A model generated the notes under the pieces. The model was not told where the DNA came from and did no database searches. It worked only from the letters and a program-made list of their open reading frames with translations. From Bigelowiella natans CCMP2755 (taxonomy: Eukaryota > Protista > Cercozoa): a DNA stretch of 64,000 nt. Positions 1 through 11,207 of the stretch are shown piece by piece (the first letter of the stretch is position 1; each line of letters begins with the position of its first letter). A program made the position numbers and the translations under genes. The stretch is from assembly GCA_000320545.1 (NCBI GenBank), contig ADNK01000506.1:155452-219451 (forward strand), read 5' to 3'.

Positions 1-272
1 CCAGGAAGCCGATGAGACAATACGCATTGATGTCCACCAAGAGGTTGCTCGTCCAACCACCACCACCAAAGTACGATTTGCGATCGTCACGCCTACTTAC
101 CAGGGACACTTCGAGCAAAATGTTCGATTCTTACTTACCCTGTTGAAAAACTGCATTGACTGTGAGGATCTTCTGGTATTCGAACATGTTGCACATGCGC
201 ATGACAGCGTATGGTTAAATCAGTGTATCTTCTGTGTCTTTACGCCTTTTCGCGCGCTCCCCACACCCTCCA

Positions 273-318
<46 letters not shown>

Positions 319-773
319 CCTCCCTCTCCCTCTCCCTCTCTCTTTCTCCAACCCCCCCTCCTTTCTATCTCTTCCTCTTGGTATGTTGATCTTACCCCCT
401 ACGCATCACTTAACAACAGATACAGTTTGTACTGAGCTATAAGGAGGACAGTCCAGCGTTATTCAAACTGCTAACGACTCATCCTGGCTTAAGACGGAAC
501 GTTGATGTGACATTGCATTCCTCCTTTGGAGCTACACCTGAAAGATACACCCCTTCCACTTCTGCTGCTACACGTCAGGAGGGGGAAAACGATAATGCCA
601 TCACAAAGATGTTACATATATCCGTTTTACCTTTGCGAACCGCCTACGAGTACATGCAAGTGCCTGTGAATGGGGTATGAAGAAGATGATAATGACTTAC
701 ATTCCTCTTACTCTTCCGAGTAATGCACTTACTCTCTCTTTCACACACACACACACACATATATAAATATATA

Positions 774-814
<41 letters not shown>

Positions 815-3630
815 TCTCTAAATATTCTCTATAAATTATTCATGACTGGAATACTCAGACTTTGCTGCGCACATGGCGAAATAAGAAGTGGTTCGGGAAA
901 TACACCCATCTAAGCATCAAGAAAGTGAGTTGGCATTAAAACGAATTGTTCTCCATTCCCTCCCCCCCGCTAATTACTCCTGTCACTACTACTAGTACGC
1001 TGGAGCATATTATGCATTTGGAAAGCAAGGAATTGATGTCGTCTGGTGGCTTGATTCAGAAGGTGAGAAGACAACCATTAACAAAGCAACAGAGGTTGGA
1101 ATAGCAATGTGTTCTTCCAACGCGTAACTGACCTGTGTATAATCATTAACTACAGTGGAAATTCGCATTAATGATTGTGGGGATGGATCACCACAATTGA
1201 AACGTTTTAATATTTTTCTCATCGACAGATTTTATTACATGCTGCAGTTTAGAATACACCTGTAGATTCATTATCCGTGTAAATATTTGATATAGCCTAT
1301 CTCTGGAAATCCGACTGGAACCTAGTTGAAATGCTTGCAAAGTATGTAACAAGTGAATCATTCAATTTAATCTTCAAATTTCGACTAATGTATAACAACA
1401 CGCCAGCACTTTTTATGTACATTGCGCAGATCAGCATCATGCTTTTCAAGTTTTTGTCTTTGTTTCTTATCGAGTACTATAAACATGCCAGGGAATGGCA
1501 GCGGCCACGGTTGTATTGGTCGGCTGAAAGCCACTATAAGCGCAACTCCGAAGTCCATCAACTGTGCCCCAGAAATGGAACGGTTTTTCCCTTTTCTGAT
1601 CCAAGATTCCACCATATCATGTCTTTATCACCTCCAATCATTATCTTTGATACTCTCGTTATTATCGTCACTTGCATGATGCAAGCATAGAGTGTTTTCT
1701 TCGCGTGTGACGTCACGAATCGTATGGGAAGTACATTAATATGTTAATGAAATAAATCAATGTGTAAATGTGTGTTTTCTAGCTTCCAGCTCATTTGGCC
1801 TTTGAAGGAAAAAGACCACACCTCTTCTCCTCATCGTTTTACCTCGTTGGCAAACGAATATTCAATCAGGTAGGGAAGGTGAATGCATTGATTGAGGTTG
1901 CTCTCGTAGATTGCCAAGATGGTGGCATGCATGATAACGTAAAACGCATTATTGTGCGTCGCACGACTATAATATGAACTTTCTTGGTCGCCATAGAGTG
2001 TAGCATACAGCACGAATCATGAAAGTAAAGAAAACCATTTACACAGTGGACTGAGTACGTGGAGCAAACATGGAAACGCCGTTTTGCCGACATCTTTATA
2101 GCGGTGAAATCAATTGCAAGGATGCGAACTAATCTTTAATCGTGATTGTAATAACATGTTGGATAACAAGTTCTTTCTTTCTCCCCCTCCCTTGCATGTA
2201 TATGTGAATCGCGTGTGTTGAACTATTCCGATTTGAAGATAATTCTAGCATGTTTCTTTTTATCAGCTTGGCCAGCGTGAATCTGGATACATCCTGCACA
2301 TTATAGAGACCCAATTGGTAGTACACTGACTCCCTCCATAACAACCACAAACTTTTGTAAGAATTCCTCCTTGAACGACAACGAAAAAAAAAAGTGAGAA
2401 ATTCCACTTCTGCACCGCTGCTCTCGTTTATTTCCTTTCCAAAGATCCTCACTTAATTTGTTGGTGTCATTATTTTCGATACATTCTTTCTTGTTCATTG
2501 ACGTGCTTTTAACGTTCCGCTCGTCCCTTCCCCATTCTTCTTTCTTTCTTTCTTTCCTCTTCGATAGATAGCTTACGTTGGTGGCTGCCAAAATCTCAAT
2601 CCTGTGCCGGAATCCTGCAAAAAATATGAGGTGAGGCCTGGGGCTAGCGGATATGGGAGCATGTAAAGAGAGGTTAAAGCATCGATGTTTTCGTTTTCAA
2701 CATAGTCCATCACGCCGCATCTGTGAGTGCATGCGTGCGTGCTTATGTATCATCTACAAGTTGTAATAACCCTGTGACGTGATATCAACGTAGTTAATTG
2801 AGGTGAATAGCGCCATCCGTATGCTTATGAGGCCCGAGAAGGAATACTTTGCTTACCTCAAAGAAATGAAATATCAGGTCAGCGTTCACTGTTACAAGGA
2901 AATGGGAAGGTGGGAGAGGGGGGGTGGGGGGGGGTGAATGAGAAAGGATTTAACGCACATGCCACACACTGCTACTGCTGCTGCTGCTGGAGGCCAATTA
3001 TCATGCCATAGTGGCTAGAGGATAGTAGTTGTAATAATGCGGTGTGTGCTCATCGTCCTTATTGTTGTTTTTGCATTCTCTTCATACGCTACTTTCAGGG
3101 CCAATTCGAGCATATGTTCCGACTTTTTCTAGATGAGAGGTTGGAAGTTGCAGATGTGTATAATCAGGGCTTTAAAATGTATGAGAATACGCACAACTAC
3201 ATTGATAAAATATATAGTAGATAACCATTGCTGCTGTCTTATTGAACGATGCTCAGGTTTCAAGAGAGCATTAAGCGATTAGTGCGCTTTTTTGATTTGC
3301 CATCCTTTCGGATTGACCACCAGTACGGTGGGTGTGAGCTTTACAAGGTGTTGAAAGAACACTACGACATGCGTATTTACTTGTGTTTGTGTGTCTCCTG
3401 TGATATAACGATAGCTGTTAGAATTGATCAATCAAAGTCTTATTCAAGTGTATTTTACGATAAAATGACGGAGAATTTAGTCGGAAAAAAGAAGTGGTGA
3501 TGTTTGATTCTAATTCTAATATGAAGGCGGTTTTGGGAAGCATAGTTTCTGGGGAGTTCATGGCAACTGGCATGGCGATGCAGGTGGGATTGTAGTTCAT
3601 CGTCAAATCGTTGAGGCAATAACGAAGGGC
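1..3630 (+). CDS. 5'-truncated multi-exon gene, possibly glycosyltransferase-like (GT-A); end approximate
   Basis: Frame from base 2 reads ...KVRFAIVTPTYQGHFEQNVRFLLTLLKNCIDCEDLL to a GT donor near 176. Later GT-AG bounded exon-like pieces include YAGAYYAFGKQGIDVVWWLDSE, WTEYVEQTWKRRFADIFIA and VRFFDLPSFRIDHQY. AIVTPTY and WWLDSE resemble GT-A strand 1 and a DxD-like motif. Confidence 0.45.
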
Positions 3631-4843
3631 AGGAAAAATAGATGTAGAGATTGGAGGGACAGCGAGAACAAAGGAATGAGTTAAAATGTTGTCGTTTTTC
3701 GTAGATGTTGACGTATCCATATTTTCACGCCAATAATCAGACAAATAGCGATGAATCTGTGGCTCGCCTCGTGAGAGATGTAACTTTGACTTCCTAATAT
3801 CCTACCGATATAAATAATGCCTTCATTAATTATGAAATGCATTACCCATCCATCTGATTTATTTTACATTTTAAATTTTTGTGACAGCCTCTATGCTTCT
3901 CACAACTTCCGATAGTCTGTGGCACAGGCGTGTGGAACGAAACTTGTCATCTAAAAATGAGAGCACGTTGAACGATTTTACGTTCTTCATTTCATGAGAG
4001 AAGTGGAAATTTTGAAAAAATTGTGCATACAACATGCAGGTGCGAAGCGCAAGGCATGCATCGTTTCGATTACTTGATCAGATGCCATTATGTTCCTTCT
4101 CTGCTCTATCTCTCTCCCCCCCACACCCCTACATGTCTGCAAATCAATTGTATACATCTATACATAATACCGACGCTTTGCAGAGCTGAGCAATGAGCCC
4201 AAATAATGAACAAACCAGATAGATGCGCCACCGTGAGTTGCTGTGCTCGCGCCTGCTGTAGTGTGTGCTACCTTGTCGCGTCTACTAGCGTGCGAGACGC
4301 CAGACGAGCTAGCTGTGCAAATGACTGTGCTCAGCGCTAGCATTGCCCCAGGGCTGTACAACTATGAACTCTTAAATGCGTAGAAGGGGGCGCCAGCATG
4401 CAACGACCGCAGCGTATAGAGCACACTACTGCATAACAGAGACATTATAGATCTCTTACGTACGACTTCATATGCCAGGATGCCAGGCAAGAGTGCAGCG
4501 CAAGGCAAAGATGGCGTGGATGGCTCATGGCCGCAAGTGATATTTAGGATAGGTAAAGCATGCATACGCACACGATCGCCGCTTATACGCTCAATCCAGC
4601 AGCTCATCCAACGATAGGTTGCGTGAGTAAGCAGCAGGAGCAACTGCTCGTCACTGGGTACTAGCGCTATTTCTTTTCCAAATGTACGAAACAATAAGTT
4701 CAATGCAGACCAATAAGTAGTACATCAATGAGATGAACCTCTCACCGACGCACATTCCTCTACCACATTTCCTTCTCTCTCGCTTCGTTGCTTACAAGTT
4801 TCTGCATGCTGTGCTACAGTGTGGCTAGCATTCATCGTACTGT

Positions 4844-6484
4844 CTAGAAAAAGTTCCAATCCTCATCAACGAGCGGTGCATTATCAGCTACCTCCTCATC
4901 AGGGTCTCTTTTCACATTCCATCCTCTTGGCAAAGCCAACTGATAGGTTCCCTGGGCCCAATCTATGCTCAAAGCAGGAGTTGGTTTTAGGCTCTTTAAA
5001 TGATCGTGCTTGTGCCACCAAAAGTTTACATCTGGGAAGTATTCTTCCTCCTCCTCCTCTTCATCGAGCTCTTCCTCAGGCTCTGGGTAAGATACCAACC
5101 TTTCCTGATACTTCTTCAGGTGTCCTTTGCTGACCGTGATGAAGTACGCATCGTTCGGTTGATCTACTTCGATGGCAGGCCGATACATGTACGAGGAGAA
5201 AATTGTAAGAACTTTATTGTTGTGCGATTTCCTCACGTGATCCACCTCCTCATGGCCTCTCACGATGTAAACCAGCTTGTACCCAGTACTTTCCTCCACC
5301 GCTTTAATCCATCGAGTCGTTGCGTCGTGGGTGTAGAAATAGCACTGCAACCGCGGCCAGTTGTATCCATATCCCTGATCATCGAGTCTGTAGAATTTGT
5401 TCTCCAAGGTCGTGATGGCATCGTACGCAAAGAAGCCACGCTTGACATTGTCCCCCCCTTGCTGGTCATGATGCTCAGATGGACTTTCGTCCCATGGATC
5501 ATTCCAGATCATTTCCGCAATGATGCTTTCTTTTGTAGCGTGGAATTCCCTGTCTGCCTTCTCTGTTTCTCTTTTAGCCTGTGCAATTTCGCTCTCGGTC
5601 GTGGAATTCCTTATCTTTATTGGTTTGAGCATTCCATGTACAACAGAGGAAATGTCCAAGACCTTACGATTCTCCTTATTGATCGTATCGATGGTAGAAG
5701 GCCTGTGAGGGATTCCGCCGTGCGCAGCGAATATACATTCTTTCTTTTTGGTATCTTTGATGAGAGCACCGACTGGAAGATATTTAAATGCGTCTCTCAT
5801 CTCACGAAGGACTGTCTTGTAGTCCGACCCGTACTTGAACAAAGCCTCCCACTTCAGCGAATATTTGTCGTTAATGCTCATGAGCTCATGATTTCCTCTC
5901 AGCATAAAGAATTTTTCCTTCAATACGGCTTTATATGCAAGGAGTATCAAAGAAACTTCGATGCTGTAGTCCCCACGATCGACATAGTCTCCAAGGAACA
6001 GGTAAGGATTATCTTCAGATGGATAACCTGCGTCCTCGAATATCGCCCATAGCATACCACGTCGCCCATGAATGTCACCAACGATGTGCACCTGTTCATC
6101 TGCCTCTGCGAGATCGAATTCGACGACGTTAGCCTCTGTCTCAAGCACCTCGCCTGCAGATTTGCATATTTTCTTGACGTCTTCAAGGGGGATTTTATGG
6201 GAACCCCACTTTCTAATTGATGCTCCTGCCGTGTAAGCTTCAGAAAATACAAACTTGGCTAGTTTGGTGGCGTATGCCAACGTTGGTTGCCCTCCATGTA
6301 TGCGGGGCATTGTTCCAACAGTGCTTATCTCTCGCAGCAAAGATGGCGTTTCGCTTCTATTGTTTCCTTGGGAAGCTATGGATAACGAGGAGACCCTTTG
6401 GCTTGTCTTAACAACCACCGCATTGCTGCTAGAAAGGATGAATAGGGAGAGGGCAAGATGACAAGAAAGCCCCACTGGCACCAT
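4844..6484 (-). CDS. Intronless PPP-family Ser/Thr protein phosphatase with N-terminal signal-peptide-like leader (546 aa)
   Basis: Motifs GDIHG, GDYVDRG, RGNHE, HGG and RGHE occur in the expected order. Hydrophobic N-terminus LSCHLALSLFILSSSNA and an acidic tail. Confidence 0.92.
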   Translation of the reverse strand: MVPVGLSCHLALSLFILSSSNAVVVKTSQRVSSLSIASQGNNRSETPSLLREISTVGTMPRIHGGQPTLAYATKLAKFVFSEAYTAGASIRKWGSHKIPLEDVKKICKSAGEVLETEANVVEFDLAEADEQVHIVGDIHGRRGMLWAIFEDAGYPSEDNPYLFLGDYVDRGDYSIEVSLILLAYKAVLKEKFFMLRGNHELMSINDKYSLKWEALFKYGSDYKTVLREMRDAFKYLPVGALIKDTKKKECIFAAHGGIPHRPSTIDTINKENRKVLDISSVVHGMLKPIKIRNSTTESEIAQAKRETEKADREFHATKESIIAEMIWNDPWDESPSEHHDQQGGDNVKRGFFAYDAITTLENKFYRLDDQGYGYNWPRLQCYFYTHDATTRWIKAVEESTGYKLVYIVRGHEEVDHVRKSHNNKVLTIFSSYMYRPAIEVDQPNDAYFITVSKGHLKKYQERLVSYPEPEEELDEEEEEEEYFPDVNFWWHKHDHLKSLKPTPALSIDWAQGTYQLALPRGWNVKRDPDEEVADNAPLVDEDWNFF

Positions 6485-6530
6485 GCTTCTCTTCTATGTT
6501 AAATCAGCAAGTGTGATGATACAAGGGTGT

Positions 6531-6560
6531 GCCGCTCCGCGGATTGCCGCTCCGCGGATT
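6531..6560. repeat. Tandem duplication of 15-mer GCCGCTCCGCGGATT
   Basis: Two exact adjacent copies upstream of the phosphatase ATG. Confidence 0.9.
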
Positions 6561-7083
6561 GAAGTTTCAAATTATCCCTGTTTCAAAATATTCAAACGTG
6601 CGAAACCACCTTGCTCTGTCGCAGCAAGAAAATACATGAGAAAATATTAAATCGGCAATGCAGCTGGACTCGTACGAGTATACCTGTACGAGTCTCGTAC
6701 GAGATCTAGATCTGAGGAGGTAGATCTAGTATCCTGTAGTAACGGTACTTTTACCATAATTACCGGTAGAAACGGTAACGCATGGAAGAACTCATGATTG
6801 ATCTTTTTTCGTTGGGTTTTGAGCATGTATAATTGACGCAGGGTAAAAACATAGGGCATTTTATCAAATATTAAAAAATTTCCTCCGGTTACACCAATAG
6901 CTGCCATCATCACCTTCCAGCTTACCTATTTCTCCCCTCACCCGTAGATAACATAAGAGGGAGGGTAAACAGGATTCTGGGCCATTGCTAGGGCGATAAT
7001 TTTTTGTGGATTTAAAAGCAAACAAAATTCCGAAAGCGTGCTGGATTTCCCTACGGGGGTAGAAACGGATAAAGCAGCCAACG

Positions 7084-8967
7084 ATGCTCTTCAGGGGCAA
7101 GAGCACCGCACAAATGAGTATGACGCAATCATGCAACACTGGACTTTCTTTTGACCAAGGGTAAGTATTTAAAACACAAAATGGTGGTTAATCTTCCCGT
7201 AATAACTGGTGTTATCCATTAAATAAAGGGATAACTCGCATCTCGAGGAAAAAGATGCGACGATCCTGAAAGCAGGGTAAGTCAATTACTTCATGGATAT
7301 CATCCGTACAAGTCACATTTAATGACGCAATACTTTCTGCCATATCTTTGTGAATTATATTGATCGTAACATTACCAACTTGTTTTAGCTGGGTCAGTAA
7401 GAAGAATTCTTTGGTGGGATGGAAGAAGCGCTTCTTTCGATGTTCCACGACTCATCTCAAGTATCTTCATAATTACCCCTACTATATACTCATGAAGAAA
7501 GAGAAAGAGAGAATAGGAGGGTGGGAGGGAGAAGCAAAGAACTTCATCGAGATTTTCCCAAGATATATCCAGGTTCTTCTTTCAATGACTACCATCACAA
7601 ATAACATCTAGGTATTTCGAGAGCGAAGAATGTGAAGATGCCAAGAAAACTGTTCAAGGTAAAGAATTGGTCGAAGTGCGATCAACAGAGGTCAGCTTAT
7701 CATCATAATTTCGAAACTTCCAGTAAAATAACCACAATCAAAGAGAAGGAGCTTCTGGTGTTGCAGCTTACCGCTAACAACGATTTATTGATTAGGGAAG
7801 CGAACATGAGTTCAGTCTGTTTACAACTTCTAAGACCCACCGTTTGCAAGTCTCAAGCAAAGAGGACCGCGACGAGTGGGTGGAAGCATTGGAGACCCTG
7901 ATTGCATTGTCCAGTAAGCGAGCTCGAGGCTCCACACAAATTGATTATCCCGAAACAGGGGCACAGAGGGGTCCTCTCAATAGGACAGCATCGGCTGCGG
8001 TTCTTTCGGCGGGGAGGAGAGGAGTACGTAGTGCCCGTGGTGTTCGTAATTTACCTCCTCGCCCATCCACGCCTCTCTCGAAGCATACCTTGGATAACCT
8101 TCCAAAGGTGGAGGCCTGATAATCTAATCTGTACTAATAATGGTAAAAGTAATAACACAGCTCTTCCACAATCAATCTTAACTGAATAGCTTGTGGCTTA
8201 ACAGGCATCGGCTCTTATATCATCGAAACAAAGTGAGTGGCTGCCAGTGTGGAAGGCGGTTAAAGATTGTTGTTACACCGTGAAGCCCTATAAGACGTCT
8301 GGAATCATCACGAAGATTCCGACGGGGAAAACCATAAAAGGCTGGCCTGTAATCCAAGTTACGACTAAGACGACAGGAATTAAGCAAACATGGCTTCGCT
8401 GTAAAGCAGGATGGACATTACTGGTCTGTTATCATCAAAATCTTCTTCCTTTTCTTTTCGGGAAAAAAAAATGCAGATCGCAATCCAACACTTGGATGCA
8501 TGTGTACGTGTCAAAGACTTGATGTATATCATCATCCCTAATTTTATTCTCCCCTTTCTCATCCTCGCCATCATGACTAATGTCCATCCTAATGTTCGTC
8601 ATTAACATGACAATCATTATTATCATCATCATCATCGTTATCACCATGTGCTCTATTCCTTCATCAATCAACAGTCCGACAATGGCACTGAATTCGCAGT
8701 TCCATGCTTGAGTCACAACTCATGGGCAAGTAGCACAGGAGCCGTGCTACCTCTTCACAATCACTATCCTAGCGACAACGATGAGGACAACGATAGAGGT
8801 GTTGTTGCACAGCTTGAAGCGAATAAGGTGATCTGTCTTTCGTCGGTGAAGAAACGTGTGTGAAATTGCGGTGTTGTTGTCATAAGATATAACTGCGTCG
8901 ATACGTGAAAATCTGTTGATGCATACTCTCTTTTGTTCACAGTTTCGCTCACGTGATACACACCGTG

Positions 8968-9010
<43 letters not shown>

Positions 9011-9284
9011 GTATAAAGAGAGGGGAGGGGGCTATATAATCAACCCCGTCTTCGTCATTATCCATCGCTCGTAGTATTATTCCAATCCTGAGACAAATTG
9101 TCCTATTCTAGTGTATCTCCCGTTCAGAATTGAAGGTGCTTCCCATGATAGTAAAGGTGTCTGCTGAAGATAACGACGAGGAGAAGAGGAGGTTGTTATT
9201 ATTATAGTGTAGATAGATTGTAGACTGCTGACAGTAGTCACACAAGCCTCTTCCCTTTGCGATGTAGAGCAAGATTGTCATGAT

Positions 9285-9329
<45 letters not shown>

Positions 9330-10336
9330 ATATATATCCCATCCCCTTCATCCAAAGAGTAGCTGGTGACAAAATATGGATGAGAATGTTTCTTCAAAAC
9401 TTAACTCTATGTTGTGTATCTGTCCTACTATTTCGTCCTCGTTGAATATAGCAGCAAAGCGGAGGTGTGGATGAAAGAAGCCAAGACGGAAAACTGGTGT
9501 TGTCTCCTATCAGGGGACACTTTCTTCTTGGAGCCGAGAAGGAAGGAGGATAACGAAGAAACCGCAAAGAGTAGTAGGAAATACAGTACATATAAAATAA
9601 AAGAGATTACACGACTAATTTTATTTGAGCTTCCATTGATGTTTCAATTTCGTCAAGGAGAAGGTGAGAAATAAGTACTAAAGATATGTTGCTTCGAATT
9701 GCGTGTGTATGTGTATCTCTTTCTTTCGTAGGCGACAAAGATCACTCCCTCTCTTCATCAAAACCACCCCAACCACCTCCACCCGCTAACCCACCCCAAC
9801 CACCTCCACCCGCTAACCCTTACCCTTCAACATCCAACAAAAACCAAAGAGGAGTTGATTCTTCATCAACTCCCATTCCCCCTCCTCCTCCCGGTAAGCC
9901 TCATCCGTCAACATCATCATCTGGACTGCCACCCCCTCCTCGTAGTAATGAGCCTCCGTTGCCATCCACCCCATTTTCATCATCAAATCCCCCTCCTCCA
10001 CCTCCCCCCTCTGCACCTTATCCTCCCCAGCATCAACCATCTCGTCAACATCCCCATCCGTCTTCTTCACAATCCCCTCCCCTACCATCTCCACCTCCTA
10101 AGCCTCAACCTTTGGACTCCAAGAATAGCGTAGGAAATCCTCCTCCTACTCCTCCTCCCCCTCTCCGTCTTATGAGCAGGCCTCCTTTGCCATCAATGGA
10201 AAATAATTCCCCAGTTACACTTCTTCCTCCTCCACCCCCGCCAACCATGTCCATGCTGCAAGAGGATCTAGATGATATCGACCTTGATAGCCCTCCACCA
10301 GTCCCTAGACCCCCTTGTTCATCGTCGTCTACATAG
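7084..10336 (+). CDS. Multi-exon PH-domain protein with proline-rich C-terminus; start approximate
   Basis: Spliced exons give WVSKKNSLVGWKKRFFRCSTTHLKYFESEECEDAKK...LQVSSKEDRDEWVEALETLI, a typical PH domain. The last exon (~9732-10336) is polyproline-rich. Confidence 0.75.
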
Positions 10337-10843
10337 CAGTATCAGCATATAGTATATTCGAAATTTCGCGAATACGATTGTTGCAAGAGAAAGTCGTTGG
10401 GCGAATGTACACCAAACAACATCCAACAGTTTTAGTTGCGTAAATCGCACAACACACCTGCATTTAGAATGCACACACTCATACGCATGTTTTGCATGTA
10501 CACGCACGTCTAGATGCATGCATGTGTGCCACAGCCAGCGCATTTTCAATTTGCGTGACACATGGAGCTAGTTGTGTATCAAACGTCAAACGTCCAGCAG
10601 ACGTGCGACACGTTGCACGCAGCTGCGGCGCACGCATGCCACATGCATGACTTGTAGCCACGCGCTGCATCATTGCACATGCTGATTATTGTCGACGACG
10701 GCCAGCTGCACGCACGCACATGCATGCAATCGCATCATTTAGCAATTGTTGTCACATTTTCACATGGCATTTTTCGATGTCAAGAAGCTGCGCGCCAATG
10801 TGTGCCGCGCGCTCGCTAGCTCGCTGGCGCCTCATCATGTGCG

Positions 10844-11168
10844 TGTAGCGCGTACTACTACGCGAGCACAAGTCACGTGCGACAACAAAGGGGTTGTCGC
10901 GGATATAGAATATAGATAACGTAGATATTAATACAGTATAGGCACGTGGGTTCCGGCGGGACTCATGGCAGCACACCGGAAGTGTGCTGCCCCACGTGCG
11001 GCGGCATTCGCGAAAGCTTCGCGAATGATTACGCAGTGCACGATTTAATAAAAATATAATCTTTAATAAAAATGAACATAACTCTTCAAAAGGAAGCAAA
11101 CGTGCCTTCCCCCCCCCTGCCTACTTGTGCACGTAGCGCCTCGGCCTGTGAACACCTTACGCGCAACA
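10844..11168 (+). repeat. 5' LTR
   Basis: TGTAGCGCGTA...TACGCGCAACA termini form a 10/11 inverted repeat. Two AATAAA motifs. Identical by eye to 16233-16557. Confidence 0.97.
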
Positions 11169-11173
11169 ACCTT

Positions 11174-11196
11174 TGGCTTCCACACACGGGAAACGA
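11174..11196 (+). promoter_or_regulatory. Putative tRNA primer-binding site
   Basis: TGGCTTCCACACACGGGAAACGA begins 5 nt after the LTR. Its reverse complement ends in ...CCCGTGTGTGGAAGCCA, resembling a tRNA 3' end. Confidence 0.6.
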
Positions 11197-11207
11197 TTTG
11201 ACTAACA

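Noticed and set aside
5000-6052. 350-aa plus-strand ORF
   Set aside because: Antisense shadow of the PPP phosphatase, with no motifs of its own.
10940-11035. HDV-like or hammerhead ribozyme in the LTR (CCCACGT and GCGAA motifs)
   Set aside because: I could not build P1/P1.1 within the LTR, and there is no CUGANGA core on either strand. Kept only as an unexplained structured element.
10752-11099. Duplicated minus-strand ORF (also 16186-16488)
   Set aside because: It arises only because the two LTRs are identical, runs out of the LTR into unrelated flank and has no protein features.
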